Shown here one piece after another: positions 11,594 through 22,473 of a stretch of 40,166 nucleotides of DNA (within the stretch, counting starts at the first letter, position 1; each line of letters opens with the position of its first letter). Location: NCBI GenBank assembly GCA_030832365.1, contig JAURJF010000002.1:1-40166 (forward strand), given 5' to 3'. The notes below the pieces were generated by a model. The model was not told where the DNA came from. It worked only from the letters and a program-made list of their open reading frames with translations, and did no database searches. The translations under genes were made by a program, and so were the position numbers. Source of the stretch: Candidatus Nanopelagicales bacterium. Its GTDB lineage: Bacteria > Actinomycetota > Actinomycetes > Nanopelagicales > Nanopelagicaceae.

Positions 11594-12553
11594 TTATCTA
11601 AGCATCTCGGCTTGAAAAATGTGGCTCAAAGTCAAAAATAATTTTTCAGTATCATGATGATTGCTCCCTGGGTGAGATGCAAGATCTGCAACAAATACCC
11701 TTCCACCCATCGCCTCAGCAAGGCCCTCTAGCTCTATTAATAGCTCGGATCGAGCGGCAATTGAGCTATCTAGTAGAGCAACATGACACTTTAATCCTGG
11801 GGCAAATTTTCTAAGAATTCGCAAGTGATCTGCCGGAGAACTACCTGCCAATTCATCCCCTGTGACATTGGGAATGGCATCAAGATTAAGAATTATCACT
11901 TTCTTCGCCTTTGAGCTCTCCAGCGCTTGACGTTGTTTGGCTACTAGAAGATGTGGCATAACGCTGGAAAACCAGGAGCCTGGACCTAAGGTAATAAAGT
12001 CTGCCTTAGCAATTGCATCTACTCCTTGAGTAGTTGGCGTTGGATCATTAGGAATTAGCCTTAAATCCTCAAGAGCTCCTTTTCCAAGAGCCACCTCTTG
12101 TTGTCCTCTAATTAAATGAGTTCCCTGCCAAGTCTTGAATACTCCTTCAATATCAAGTGGCTCTAAAGCCATTGGGAGCACTCGCCCCACAACTTTTAGC
12201 AGCGCACCGACTTTATCTAAACCTTTAACCGGATCGCTCTCGCCATCCCATAAAGCAGTTAATAGTAAATTGCCAATTGCATGTCCATCTAACTCGCCCT
12301 TGGAGGTGAAGCGATATTGCATTATCTCTGCCCAACTTCTGCCCCACTCATCATCTGAACAGAGCGCAGCAAGTGCCATTCTCAAATCTCCTGGAGGCAG
12401 TGAGTTAAATTCTCTTCGTAGCCGTCCACTTGATCCACCGTTATCTGCCACAGTAACAATTGCAGTTAACTCATTAGTTATTTTCCTTAAAGCAGATAAG
12501 GTGGCAGCAAGGCCATGGCCACCGCCAAGTGCAACAACCTTGGGGCTACTCAA
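11594..12553 (-). CDS. yvcK: YvcK/CuvA-family gluconeogenesis factor (UPF0052, CofD-like)
   Basis: 319 aa. Motifs present: VALGGGHGL and [13 protein letters not shown] start overlaps the rapZ stop (TTGA). Confidence 0.9.
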   Translation of the reverse strand: MSSPKVVALGGGHGLAATLSALRKITNELTAIVTVADNGGSSGRLRREFNSLPPGDLRMALAALCSDDEWGRSWAEIMQYRFTSKGELDGHAIGNLLLTALWDGESDPVKGLDKVGALLKVVGRVLPMALEPLDIEGVFKTWQGTHLIRGQQEVALGKGALEDLRLIPNDPTPTTQGVDAIAKADFITLGPGSWFSSVMPHLLVAKQRQALESSKAKKVIILNLDAIPNVTGDELAGSSPADHLRILRKFAPGLKCHVALLDSSIAARSELLIELEGLAEAMGGRVFVADLASHPGSNHHDTEKLFLTLSHIFQAEMLR

Positions 12554-13422
12554 CGCTCCCTGCCTAAATCTCTATGAATAGCATGAGCAGAGACGCTATG
12601 CTCTGCATCAATTGCGCTGCCATTAATTCTCCGTGCAAGCTCTTCAGCAACAGCTACGCTTCTATGTTTTCCTCCAGTGCAACCAATTGCAAGAGTTATA
12701 TATTTCTTTCCCTCTCTTAAATATCCCTGTCCTAGGCTATTAAATAGCGATAGGTATTTTTCTAAGAATTCTCCAACGCTCTCGGCGTTAAGGACTGCCT
12801 CACTAACTTGCTTATCAAGGCCATTCATTTCCCTTAACTCTGGATTCCAATGCGGGTTTGGAATAAAGCGACAATCCATAACCAAATCTGCATCAACTGG
12901 GAGACCGAACTTATATCCAAAGGATAGAACATTGACCTTTAATGAGGCTGAGGGATCTACCGAAAATAGCTCAGCTATCTTCTTCTCTAGCTGATGAACA
13001 TTTAATTGAGATGAATCAACTACAAGATCTGCTCCTGATCGAAGTTCTCTCAAGCTCTCTCGCTCTTTTTCAATTCCATCAACAATTCGATCGCTTCCCT
13101 GAAGGGGATGCGGGCGCCTGGATGATTCAAATCTTCTAACCAATACATCATCTGCAGCATCAACAAAGATAATTTTTCTAGATATACCCCGCTCAGCTAA
13201 CTCGGCTAGCGTTTGATTCAAATCATCAAAGAATTGTCTTCCCCTTACATCAATAACTACCGCAATTGAATCATCGCTACTCTGAGTTAAGTCAAAGAGC
13301 GGAATTAATAGAGAAGGTGGCAAATTATCGATTACATACCAGCCATGATCTTCCATGGCATGGGCAACCGTTGAGCGACCTGCCCCGCTCATTCCAGTTA
13401 TAACTACTATTTCGCGTCCCAT
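12550..13422 (-). CDS. rapZ: RNase adapter / nucleotide-binding protein RapZ (YvcJ)
   Basis: 290 aa. Walker A motif GMSGAGRS and C-terminal GCTGGKHRSV. Confidence 0.92.
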   Translation of the reverse strand: MGREIVVITGMSGAGRSTVAHAMEDHGWYVIDNLPPSLLIPLFDLTQSSDDSIAVVIDVRGRQFFDDLNQTLAELAERGISRKIIFVDAADDVLVRRFESSRRPHPLQGSDRIVDGIEKERESLRELRSGADLVVDSSQLNVHQLEKKIAELFSVDPSASLKVNVLSFGYKFGLPVDADLVMDCRFIPNPHWNPELREMNGLDKQVSEAVLNAESVGEFLEKYLSLFNSLGQGYLREGKKYITLAIGCTGGKHRSVAVAEELARRINGSAIDAEHSVSAHAIHRDLGRER

Positions 13423-13443
13423 GTCTACATCATCCTAGCGCTG

Positions 13444-15357
13444 TCAAGAACGCTCAATTATTTCACCAGTTGAGGTATCAACGAAGTAGCTAGAAGCTGA
13501 ATTAGCAAGGCCAGCAACAATACTTTCAGCGCTCTTTGGACCAATTCCTGGAAGGGCTGCTATCTCCTCGAGGCTTGCCTTACTCAGAGCTGCAATTGAT
13601 CCAAAGTTCTCTAATAGCACCGCTCGTCTGACCTCACCTAGATTAGAAATCTCATCGAGGAGTGATTCCAGCATTAATTTGGATCGCTTTGAACGATGGA
13701 AAGTTACTGCAAATCTATGGGCCTCATCGCGAATTCTCTGCACTAAATAGAGCGCCTCGCTATGTCGATCAAGGACCACTGGATAGCTCTGATCTGCAAA
13801 CCAGATCTCCTCAAGTCTTTTTGCAAGTCCTACTAAAGCAATATCTGTAATTCCAAGTTCAGCAAAGGCCCTGGCAGCAGCATTAACCTGTCCTTTTCCT
13901 CCATCAACTATTACCAGCTGGGGCGGATAGGCAAACTTAGGTCTTGCCCCTCCACTTAGCTCTATTTCAGCTAGATCCAAATCCTTCTCTGCTAGATATC
14001 TCTTAAATCGCCTAGTAATAACATGATGCATCGCCCTTGTGTCATCAAACTTCTCTTTATCATCGATTCCAAAGCGACGATACTCGCTCTTCTTCGCCTG
14101 ACCATCTTCAAATACAACCATTGAGGCAACAACAGAGGTTCCTTGAATATTGGAGATATCAAAGCATTCAATCCTTAATGGAAGCTCTTCTAGATTAAGC
14201 GCGCTTGCTAAATCCTCCAGCGCTCGCCCACTAACACCAGCATCATTTGCTCGTTTACCTAGAAATTGAATTAACGCTTGGTTAGCATTTCGCTTAACCA
14301 TATCTAAGATCTCGCTCTTCTCACCTCGCTCTGGCTTCTTAATAGTGACTTTATAACCAGCCCTCTCTGAGAGATACTCGGCAAGAGCGCTTCCATCAAT
14401 ATCTTGATTAACCAATATCTCCTTACCAATTTCAAAATCTTGATAGACCCGATTGATGCAAGCCTCAAGCAGCGAGGACTCCTCTGGAAGGTTTGCTAAA
14501 TCGATCATCCATGAGCGCGAACTAATAACGCGCCCAGCCCTGACTCTAAAAATAGAGATCGCAGCATGGGTAATATCTTGATGAATTGCTATGAAATCAG
14601 AGAAGATGGAATCAGAGAGAGCGCTATCAGTTGATTCACTAGCGCGCTCTAGCGCCTCTAGTTGATCTCGCAATTTTCCAGCTCTTTCAAACTCTTCTGC
14701 TCTTGCAGCCTCAGACATCTGATCTCGCAGGGCTTGAGTAATATCAGCTGAACCATCAGAGATAAAGTCACCTAGCCTCTTGGCAAGAATTCGGTGATCA
14801 CTCTCGGTGATTCGATCTACACATGGAGCGGCGCATTTACCAATATCTCCCAGTAAACAGGGACGCTTTGCTCTCTGAGCTCTCTCAAAGTTGCTATTTG
14901 AACATGACCTAACAGGAAAGAGCTTTAGAAGAACATCAAAGGTTGAGCGAAGCGCCCAGGCATGGGTAAAGGGGCCAAAGTAGGCAACACCTTTCTGTTT
15001 TGCTCTTCTGGTTATAAGTAGCCGTGGATATTTCTCATCCATAGTAAGAGCTAGATATGGATAGCTCTTATCATCTTTGAATTGCACATTAAAGGCAGGG
15101 TTCTCCTCTTTAATCCAGGTAAATTCTAATTGAAGCGCCTCAACCTCACTTCTTACCAGAGTCCAATCAACTCTATTTGCAGCATGAATCATTCGATAAG
15201 TTTTCTCGCCCACATTTTTTTGAAAGTAGGAGCTAATCCGATTCTTTAGTGATCTGGCTTTTCCTACATAGATGACTTCATCTTTTTCATTGAAGAAGCG
15301 ATAGACCCCAGGTTCATCGGGAACATTCTCTGGACGATATGAAGCAGGATCTGCCAT
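13444..15357 (-). CDS. uvrC: Excinuclease ABC subunit C
   Basis: 637 aa. It has a GIY-YIG N-terminus (PGVYRF...IYVGKA), a UVR domain, an endonuclease V-like domain and a C-terminal (HhH)2. Confidence 0.97.
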   Translation of the reverse strand: MADPASYRPENVPDEPGVYRFFNEKDEVIYVGKARSLKNRISSYFQKNVGEKTYRMIHAANRVDWTLVRSEVEALQLEFTWIKEENPAFNVQFKDDKSYPYLALTMDEKYPRLLITRRAKQKGVAYFGPFTHAWALRSTFDVLLKLFPVRSCSNSNFERAQRAKRPCLLGDIGKCAAPCVDRITESDHRILAKRLGDFISDGSADITQALRDQMSEAARAEEFERAGKLRDQLEALERASESTDSALSDSIFSDFIAIHQDITHAAISIFRVRAGRVISSRSWMIDLANLPEESSLLEACINRVYQDFEIGKEILVNQDIDGSALAEYLSERAGYKVTIKKPERGEKSEILDMVKRNANQALIQFLGKRANDAGVSGRALEDLASALNLEELPLRIECFDISNIQGTSVVASMVVFEDGQAKKSEYRRFGIDDKEKFDDTRAMHHVITRRFKRYLAEKDLDLAEIELSGGARPKFAYPPQLVIVDGGKGQVNAAARAFAELGITDIALVGLAKRLEEIWFADQSYPVVLDRHSEALYLVQRIRDEAHRFAVTFHRSKRSKLMLESLLDEISNLGEVRRAVLLENFGSIAALSKASLEEIAALPGIGPKSAESIVAGLANSASSYFVDTSTGEIIERS

Positions 15358-15359
15358 AG

Positions 15360-18200
15360 CTACTTCTTTAAAGTTTCGCGGAGGAACTTTCCGGTATAGC
15401 TAGCGGAAACTTTTGCAATTGCCTCTGGAACTCCTTCAGCAACGATGCTTCCTCCCCCAGATCCGCCCTCCGGTCCTAGGTCAATAATCCAATCTGCGCA
15501 CTTAATAACATCCATATTGTGTTCAATAACAACAACAGTATTTCCAGTATCAACAAGTCTTTGAAGCACGCCAAGAAGTTTTCTTACATCTTCGAAGTGA
15601 AGCCCAGTTGTTGGTTCATCAAGAACATAGATTGTTCGCCCCGTTGATCGGCGTTGAAGTTCTGTTGAAAGCTTTACTCTCTGCGCCTCTCCTCCAGAAA
15701 GAGTTGGAGCGGATTGACCAAGGCGAACATAGCCAAGGCCCACATCGCAGAGCGTCTTTAGATAGCGATGAATAGCAGGAATTGATTCAAAGAAATCTTG
15801 AGCCTTCTCAATTGGCATATCAAGAACTTCAGCAATTGTCTTACCCTTGTAGTGAACCTCTAGAGTCTCTCTGTTATATCTTGCGCCATGGCAGACTTCG
15901 CAAGGAACATAGACATCGGGCAAAAAGTTCATCTCGATTGTGATGGTTCCATCGCCAGAGCAGTTCTCACATCTTCCGCCTTTTACGTTAAATGAGAAGC
16001 GCCCCTGTTGATAGCCGCGCACCTTTGCCTCACTTGTTTCAGAAAAGAGCGCCCTAATCTTGTCAAAAACTCCGGTATAGGTAGCTGGGTTTGAGCGTGG
16101 AGTTCTACCAATCGGTGATTGATCTACGTGAACAACTTTATCGAGCTGATCAATACCAGTAATACTTCTATGGCGACCTGGAACTATTCGAGCTCCATTT
16201 AGCTTATTTGCAAGGACGGAATAGAGAATGTCGTTTACCAGAGTGGATTTTCCAGAACCGCTCACTCCTGTCACAGCAACAAAAACTCCAAGCGGAATAG
16301 TTACATCAACGTTTCTTAAGTTATTTTCTCTCGCTTCTTTGATGGTCAAAACTCTCTTCGCGTTAATCGCTCGTCTCTCCTTAGGAATATCAATTTTTGA
16401 TCGCCCGGAGATATAAGCTCCAGTAATCGATCGCTTTGAATCAATTAAAGCTTGATAATCCCCTGAAACAACTATCTCTCCACCATGCTCACCCGCTCCT
16501 GGGCCTATATCTACTATCCAATCAGCGGTTCTAATCGTCTCTTCATCATGTTCGACAACAATTAAGGTATTTCCAAGGTCTCTAAGGTGTGTCAGGGTTT
16601 CAATCAAACGCTTATTATCTCTTTGGTGAAGACCGATGCTTGGTTCATCTAGAACATAGAGAACGCCAACTAGGCCTGAGCCAATCTGAGTTGCAAGGCG
16701 AATTCTCTGCGCCTCACCACCAGAGAGCGTCGCTGCAGGCCTTGCTAGAGTTAAGTATTCAAGTCCAACATCAAGTAAGAAGCCAAGTCGAGCATGTACT
16801 TCCTTCATTACGCGCTCCGCGATTTTTGCCTCTCGCGATGCAAGTTTTAAAGCTTTTAGAAACTTAGCGCAATCCTCAATTGATAGCTCACATATTTCTG
16901 CAATGTTTTTACTACCCAAAGTTACAGCTAGAACCTCTGGCTTTAGACGTGCACCCTTGCAAGCAGGACATGGGATCTGGCGCATATATGCTTCATATTT
17001 TTCTCTACTGTAATCGCTATCAGTTTCTGAATGGCGGCGCTGAACAAAAGGAATAACCCCTTCAAATCCTGTGGAGTAATTTCTAACTCTTCCATAGCGG
17101 TTCTTGTATTTAACATGAACCTCATACTCATAGCCATTTAATATCGCATCTTTAGCTTTGACAGAGAGCTTGCTCCAGGGAGTATTGAGCGAGAACTTAA
17201 CATCAGCTGCTAGGGCTTCAAGTAAATTTAGAAAGTAATCTGAAGATTGTCCTCCAGACCAAGGCGCTATTGCTCCATCATTTAAAGAGATTGAGTCATC
17301 TGGAATCACTAAATCTTCATCAACTTCAAGCTTTGAGCCTATTCCAGAGCATTCAGCGCAGGCCCCAAATGGTGAATTAAAGGAGAAGGATCTTGGCTCC
17401 ATCTCTTGGAAAGAGAGCCCGCAATCATGGCAAGCTAAAAGCTCGCTATAAGTTCTCTCTTTGTCTGCGCCCTTTGCATCAACAAAATCTAGAACTACAA
17501 GACCATTAGCTAGCTTTAACGCTGTCTCAATTGAATCAGTAAGTCGCTGTTTTCCTTCAGGCTTTGCCGTTAAGCGGTCGATTACAACTTCGATGGTGTG
17601 CTTCTCTTGCTTCTTAAGCTTTGGAACATCTGTTAAGGCAACTGTTGTTCCATCAACCCTAACCCTTGAGTATCCCTGAGCAATGAAATCCTTGAAGAGA
17701 TCAACAAACTCCCCCTTGCGCGCTCTAATAACTGGCGCCAAAACTTGGAACTTAGTCTCTGCTGGAAGTTCTAAAATCTGGTCAACGATATTTTGCGGAG
17801 TCTGTTTTGCAATCTCTTTCCCACACTTTGGACAATGTGGCTTTCCAGCTCTAGCAAATAGTAGGCGGAGGTAGTCATAAACTTCAGTAATAGTTCCAAC
17901 TGTTGATCTTGGGTTTCGATTTGTTGATTTTTGATCAATAGAGACAGCTGGAGATAAACCCTCTATGAAGTCAACATCTGGCTTATCCATCTGTCCTAAG
18001 AATTGGCGGGCATAGGCAGATAGTGACTCAACATAGCGCCTCTGACCTTCAGCAAATATTGTGTCAAAGGCAAGGGATGACTTTCCAGAACCAGAGAGAC
18101 CAGTAAAAACAATCATGGCATTTCTTGGAAGATCAAGTGAGACATTCTTTAGATTGTGCTCCCTTGCGCCACGAACTATTAAGCGATCTGCGCTCATCAC
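15360..18200 (-). CDS. uvrA: Excinuclease ABC subunit A
   Basis: 946 aa. It has two ABC modules ([10 protein letters not shown] and [10 protein letters not shown], each with LSGGEAQR) and zinc-finger Cys clusters. The start is GTG 18200 or the adjacent ATG 18197; both overlap the uvrB stop. Confidence 0.98.
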   Translation of the reverse strand: MMSADRLIVRGAREHNLKNVSLDLPRNAMIVFTGLSGSGKSSLAFDTIFAEGQRRYVESLSAYARQFLGQMDKPDVDFIEGLSPAVSIDQKSTNRNPRSTVGTITEVYDYLRLLFARAGKPHCPKCGKEIAKQTPQNIVDQILELPAETKFQVLAPVIRARKGEFVDLFKDFIAQGYSRVRVDGTTVALTDVPKLKKQEKHTIEVVIDRLTAKPEGKQRLTDSIETALKLANGLVVLDFVDAKGADKERTYSELLACHDCGLSFQEMEPRSFSFNSPFGACAECSGIGSKLEVDEDLVIPDDSISLNDGAIAPWSGGQSSDYFLNLLEALAADVKFSLNTPWSKLSVKAKDAILNGYEYEVHVKYKNRYGRVRNYSTGFEGVIPFVQRRHSETDSDYSREKYEAYMRQIPCPACKGARLKPEVLAVTLGSKNIAEICELSIEDCAKFLKALKLASREAKIAERVMKEVHARLGFLLDVGLEYLTLARPAATLSGGEAQRIRLATQIGSGLVGVLYVLDEPSIGLHQRDNKRLIETLTHLRDLGNTLIVVEHDEETIRTADWIVDIGPGAGEHGGEIVVSGDYQALIDSKRSITGAYISGRSKIDIPKERRAINAKRVLTIKEARENNLRNVDVTIPLGVFVAVTGVSGSGKSTLVNDILYSVLANKLNGARIVPGRHRSITGIDQLDKVVHVDQSPIGRTPRSNPATYTGVFDKIRALFSETSEAKVRGYQQGRFSFNVKGGRCENCSGDGTITIEMNFLPDVYVPCEVCHGARYNRETLEVHYKGKTIAEVLDMPIEKAQDFFESIPAIHRYLKTLCDVGLGYVRLGQSAPTLSGGEAQRVKLSTELQRRSTGRTIYVLDEPTTGLHFEDVRKLLGVLQRLVDTGNTVVVIEHNMDVIKCADWIIDLGPEGGSGGGSIVAEGVPEAIAKVSASYTGKFLRETLKK

Positions 18201-20278
18201 ATCCCTCCTTCCTGCATTGCTCGAAGCTCCCTCTTTAACTCTTTAATCTCATCTCTCAGGCGAGCTGCAAGTTCAAATTGCAGTTCAGATGCAGCATTTC
18301 TCATCTGCTCGGTTAGAGAATCTATAAGGCCGAGTAATTCGGCAAGTGGCAAGGCTACGAGTGATTTGGCATGCACGCCAACTGGAGTTTGACTCATCCC
18401 ACGCTTCTTATTTCCAGCAAGTAAAGCATTGGTGTCATCACTCTCTTCAGCGATTAAATCAGTGATATCTGCAATCTTCTTACGAAGGGGTTGAGGATCA
18501 AGCCCTGCTGCAAGGTTATAGGCCACCTGCTTCGCTCTTCTGCGATTAGTTTCATCAATAGCCCTACTCATTGAATCAGTGATTTTGTCGGCATACATAT
18601 GGACCTCGCCTGAAACATTTCGGGCAGCGCGTCCAATAGTTTGAATAAGTGAGCGAGTTGAGCGTAGGAATCCCTCTTTATCAGCATCGAGAATTGCAAC
18701 TAATGAAACTTCAGGAAGGTCTAAACCTTCACGTAGCAAGTTGATTCCGATTAGAACATCGTATTCACCTAGCCTTAATTCTCTAAGGAGTTCTACTCTT
18801 CGCAAAGTATCAACCTCTGAATGCAAATATCTAACCCTTATTCCAGCATCTGTGAAGAAATCTGTTAAATCCTCCGCCATCTTCTTGGTTAAAGTTGTAA
18901 CTAAGACTCGCTCATTCTTCTCAGCTCTTATCTTAATTTCTGACATTAAGTCATCAATTTGATTCTTTATTGGCTTTAAAACAATCTTGGGATCAACTAG
19001 TCCTGTTGGCCTGATGACCTGCTCAACAACTACTCCCCCAGTTTTCTCCATCTCATAGGGGCCAGGGGTTGCTGAGAGATAAACCTTCTGTGTGGTTCGC
19101 TCTAGGAATTCGGCAAACTTTAATGGACGGTTATCAAGAGCGCTTGGCAAGCGAAACCCATGTTCCACCAGAGTTCTCTTTCTTGATGCATCGCCTTCAT
19201 ACATAGCTCCAATTTGTGGGACGGTAATATGAGATTCATCAATTACACAGAGGAAATCATCTGGAAAGTAATCAAGTAGGCAGTTAGGGGCAGAGCCTGG
19301 CTCTCTAAAATCTATATGCCTAGAGTAATTCTCAATTCCCGAGCAGAAGCCAAGCTGAAGCATCATTTCAATATCAAATGTGGTTCGCATTCTAAGGCGT
19401 TGGGCTTCAAGCAGCTTATTGGCCTTCTCTAACTCCTTAAGACGAATATCTAGCTCAGCTTCAATATTGGCAATAGCCCGCTTCATCGTCTCAGGTCCGG
19501 CCGAGTAGTGAGTAGCAGGAAATATAAAGACTTCCTTAACATCACTAACAATTTCACCAGTTAGTGGATGCAGAGTAGTTAAGCGTTCAATTTCATCACC
19601 AAAGAATTCAATTCTTGTAGCAAGCTCTTCATAGACTGGAATAATCTCTACCGTATCGCCGCGAACTCTAAAGGTGCCCCGCTCAAATGCCATATCGTTA
19701 CGTTTATATTGGATATCTACAAAGCGCCTGAGTAAAACGTTTCTATCGATTTTATCTCCCACAGCCAAAGTAATCATTCGATCGATATATTCCTGTGGAG
19801 TACCAAGGCCGTATATACATGAAACCGAGGCAACAACAATCACATCGCGCCTAGTTAAAAGTGAGTAGGTGGCAGAGTAGCGAAGGCGTTCAACTTCAGA
19901 ATTTACTGAGGAGTCTTTCTCTATAAATGTATCAGTCTGAGGAACATATGCCTCGGGTTGGTAATAGTCATAATAAGAGACAAAGTATTCAATAGCGTTA
20001 TTAGGCATAAGCTCTTTAAACTCATTTGCAAGCTGTGCTGCAAGAGTTTTATTTGGCGCAAGAACTAAAGTTGGCCTTTGAACTGCCTCAATTAGCCAAG
20101 CGGTAGTTGCAGACTTTCCAGTTCCAGTAGCTCCAAGTAAGACCACATCTGTCTCACCGCTATTTATTCTGCGAGTAAGGTCAGCAATTGCATCTGGTTG
20201 ATCACCTGCTGGCTTGAAATCACTTATTACTTCAAATGCCTTATCGGCCCTCGGTGTTGATGTGACCGCCCTTGCCAT
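18197..20278 (-). CDS. uvrB: Excinuclease ABC subunit B
   Basis: Motifs present: [16 protein letters not shown], the DESH box ([11 protein letters not shown]), helicase motifs and a C-terminal UVR domain. The ORF track begins at 20317 and overlaps coaE by 38 nt. ATG at 20278 ([10 protein letters not shown]...) lies 1 nt after the coaE stop and is the more likely start. Confidence 0.97.
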   Translation of the reverse strand: MARAVTSTPRADKAFEVISDFKPAGDQPDAIADLTRRINSGETDVVLLGATGTGKSATTAWLIEAVQRPTLVLAPNKTLAAQLANEFKELMPNNAIEYFVSYYDYYQPEAYVPQTDTFIEKDSSVNSEVERLRYSATYSLLTRRDVIVVASVSCIYGLGTPQEYIDRMITLAVGDKIDRNVLLRRFVDIQYKRNDMAFERGTFRVRGDTVEIIPVYEELATRIEFFGDEIERLTTLHPLTGEIVSDVKEVFIFPATHYSAGPETMKRAIANIEAELDIRLKELEKANKLLEAQRLRMRTTFDIEMMLQLGFCSGIENYSRHIDFREPGSAPNCLLDYFPDDFLCVIDESHITVPQIGAMYEGDASRKRTLVEHGFRLPSALDNRPLKFAEFLERTTQKVYLSATPGPYEMEKTGGVVVEQVIRPTGLVDPKIVLKPIKNQIDDLMSEIKIRAEKNERVLVTTLTKKMAEDLTDFFTDAGIRVRYLHSEVDTLRRVELLRELRLGEYDVLIGINLLREGLDLPEVSLVAILDADKEGFLRSTRSLIQTIGRAARNVSGEVHMYADKITDSMSRAIDETNRRRAKQVAYNLAAGLDPQPLRKKIADITDLIAEESDDTNALLAGNKKRGMSQTPVGVHAKSLVALPLAELLGLIDSLTEQMRNAASELQFELAARLRDEIKELKRELRAMQEGGM

Positions 20279-20279
20279 A

Positions 20280-20885
20280 TTACAGGCCCTGCCTCTGAGC
20301 TCTAGGTAGAAGCTCATTGGCCATTAACTCCTCCACAGCCCTATTTAGTTCATCGATGCTGCCATCATTTCTAAGGATGTAGTTAGCTATGTTCTCCCGA
20401 TCTAAATCTGCTACCTGAGCTGCCATTCGCTCTGTGATTTCATAATCTTTCAAACCTCGCAGCCGTAGTCGCTCTCGTCTTATCTCCTCATCTGCAGAGA
20501 CTGTTACAACATAATCAAATCTCGTTGCGCCATCACTTTCAACTAGCAAAGGAATCTGATTAACTAAAATTGCTCCGCTCGGCAGATTTCTTGCGAGCTT
20601 CTCAGCAGCCTCTCGAACGAGTGGATGAATTATTGACTCTAACTTCTTTCGTAAATCCTTTTCTTTAAAGACAACTGCTGCCAATTTTGCTCGATCTATC
20701 TGCCCTTCACTTAAAATTGAGTCGCCAAAAGCAGTAATAACTTCTTCATATCCTGGGCTTCCCCGTTCAATAACTTCACGGGCTAATTGATCAGAATCTA
20801 TAACTAAGGCGCCTAGCTCTTCTAAAATCTCACCAACCAGGCTCTTGCCCGATCCGATGCCGCCAGTTAGCGCAACTCTTAACAC
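20280..20885 (-). CDS. coaE: Dephospho-CoA kinase (kinase domain only)
   Basis: 201 aa with P-loop [10 protein letters not shown] and a GTG start. It lacks the C-terminal extra domain found in the roughly 400-aa mycobacterial CoaE. Confidence 0.92.
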   Translation of the reverse strand: MLRVALTGGIGSGKSLVGEILEELGALVIDSDQLAREVIERGSPGYEEVITAFGDSILSEGQIDRAKLAAVVFKEKDLRKKLESIIHPLVREAAEKLARNLPSGAILVNQIPLLVESDGATRFDYVVTVSADEEIRRERLRLRGLKDYEITERMAAQVADLDRENIANYILRNDGSIDELNRAVEELMANELLPRAQRQGL

Positions 20886-20891
20886 TGCTTC

Positions 20892-20897
20892 AGCCTA
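20892..20897 (-). promoter_or_regulatory. Candidate -10 hexamer (TAGGCT) 6 nt upstream of the coaE GTG
   Basis: The reverse strand reads UUUUAUUUUUCUAGA-TAGGCT-GAAGCA-GTG. The hexamer fits TANNNT with leaderless spacing. It sits directly after the rpsA terminator U-tract. Confidence 0.25.
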
Positions 20898-20900
20898 TCT

Positions 20901-20937
20901 AGAAAAATAAAACTGGGCCCTATGAAGTAGGGCCCAG
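20901..20937 (-). terminator. Rho-independent terminator downstream of rpsA
   Basis: The reverse-strand RNA has a perfect 10-bp GC-rich stem, CUGGGCCCUA-CUUCA-UAGGGCCCAG. It is followed immediately by UUUUAUUUUUCU and starts 21 nt after the rpsA TAA. Confidence 0.85.
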
Positions 20938-20957
20938 TGATTTAAAGCGAGGCAGAT

Positions 20958-22304
20958 TTACTCTGCTTCAGGGGTAGCAACCGAGGCAGCGGCAGCATCG
21001 GCTGCTTGAGCCTCTGCCTTCTGCTTCTTATGAGCTAAGAATCTAGTTTGAGATTCAGCATATTGACGCTCCCACTCTTCGCGCTGTGTTTCATATCCTG
21101 GCTGCCATTCCTGCGTTGAAGCATCAAAGCCTTCAGGATAAATAAAGTTTCCGTTTTCATCATAGCGCGCTGGCATTCCATATTGAGTTGGATCAAAAGC
21201 TTCAACTGCAACATCTTGTCCTTCATTAGCTTGCTTAAGTGAAAGTGAGATGCGGCGACGCTCTAGATCGATATCAATGATCTTTACAAAGAGAGAATCT
21301 CCAACTTGAACTACCTGCTCTGGAATTTCAACATGGCGCTCTGCCAGCTCTGAGATGTGAACTAGGCCTTCAATTCCATCAAATACCTTTATAAAGGCGC
21401 CGAATGGAACTAGCTTAGTAACTTCACCTGGCACTACTTGATTAATAGTGTGGGTTCGAGCAAATGCCTGCCAAGGATCTTCCTGAGTTGCTTTGAGAGA
21501 AAGTGAAACTCTCTCACGCTCAAAATCAACTTCAAGTACTTCAACAGTAACCTCATCGCCAACGGCAACAACTTCACCTGGATGATCGATATGTTTCCAT
21601 GAGAGCTCTGAGACGTGGACAAGGCCATCTACTCCGCCAAGGTCTACGAAAGCGCCGAAGTTAACTATCGATGAAACAACACCCTCACGCACTTGACCCT
21701 TAATCAACTGATTAAGAAATGTTGTGCGGGATTCAGATTGGCTCTGCTCCAAAAATGCTCTACGTGAGAGAACTACGTTGTTACGGTTCTTATCAAGTTC
21801 AATAATGCGAGCTTCAATTTCTTTTCCAATATATGGCGAGAGGTCTCTAACACGGCGCATCTCAACTAGCGATGCTGGAAGGAAGCCTCTAAGGCCAATA
21901 TCAACAATTAATCCGCCCTTAACAACTTCAATTACCGTACCTGTGACAACTTCATCGCGCTCTTTCTTGCCTTCAATATCAGTCCAGGCTTTTTCATACT
22001 GTGCGCGCTTCTTAGAAAGTATTAAGCGACCTTCTTTATCTTCCTTCTGCAGTACTAGCGCTTCAACGCGATCTCCAACTTTAACCAATTCGCTTGGATC
22101 AAGGTCATGGCGGATCGAGAGCTCTCTAGCTGGAATTACGCCTTCGGTTTTATAACCAATATCAAGTAGGACTTCGTCGCGATCTACCTGGACAATAACG
22201 CCAGAGACTAGATCTCCATCATTAAAATTCTTTATTGTGCCTTCAATTGCGGCGAGAAAATCTTCTGCATTTCCAATATCGTTTAGCGTTATTTGAGTTG
22301 ACAA
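20958..22304 (-). CDS. rpsA: 30S ribosomal protein S1
   Basis: 448 aa with four tandem S1 OB-fold repeats and an acidic/Ala-rich tail. TTG start at 22304 is preceded by GGAG with a 5-nt spacer (CACGGAGTACC-TTG). Confidence 0.97.
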   Translation of the reverse strand: MSTQITLNDIGNAEDFLAAIEGTIKNFNDGDLVSGVIVQVDRDEVLLDIGYKTEGVIPARELSIRHDLDPSELVKVGDRVEALVLQKEDKEGRLILSKKRAQYEKAWTDIEGKKERDEVVTGTVIEVVKGGLIVDIGLRGFLPASLVEMRRVRDLSPYIGKEIEARIIELDKNRNNVVLSRRAFLEQSQSESRTTFLNQLIKGQVREGVVSSIVNFGAFVDLGGVDGLVHVSELSWKHIDHPGEVVAVGDEVTVEVLEVDFERERVSLSLKATQEDPWQAFARTHTINQVVPGEVTKLVPFGAFIKVFDGIEGLVHISELAERHVEIPEQVVQVGDSLFVKIIDIDLERRRISLSLKQANEGQDVAVEAFDPTQYGMPARYDENGNFIYPEGFDASTQEWQPGYETQREEWERQYAESQTRFLAHKKQKAEAQAADAAAASVATPEAE

Positions 22305-22436
22305 GGTACTCCGTGGGGAATTTTTCTAGTAGGGCACGCGCAAAGTCCGACTCCATCTACTTGTAGATTTTCTACTAGCAAAGGGGCGCTTCCTACTACG
22401 TCCGAGGATGCACAGGAACCTTAAGCGAGGGGCATA

Positions 22437-22466
22437 AATCTACTTTCTCATGCGCTTATCGGTCAA
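22437..22466 (-). promoter_or_regulatory. Candidate sigma-A type promoter for rpsA (TTGACC-18 nt-TAGATT)
   Basis: On the reverse strand, TTGACC (22466-22461), an 18-nt spacer, then TAGATT (22442-22437). It begins 8 nt after the polA stop and would give a leader of about 125 nt. Confidence 0.5.
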
Positions 22467-22473
22467 TTTGAGG

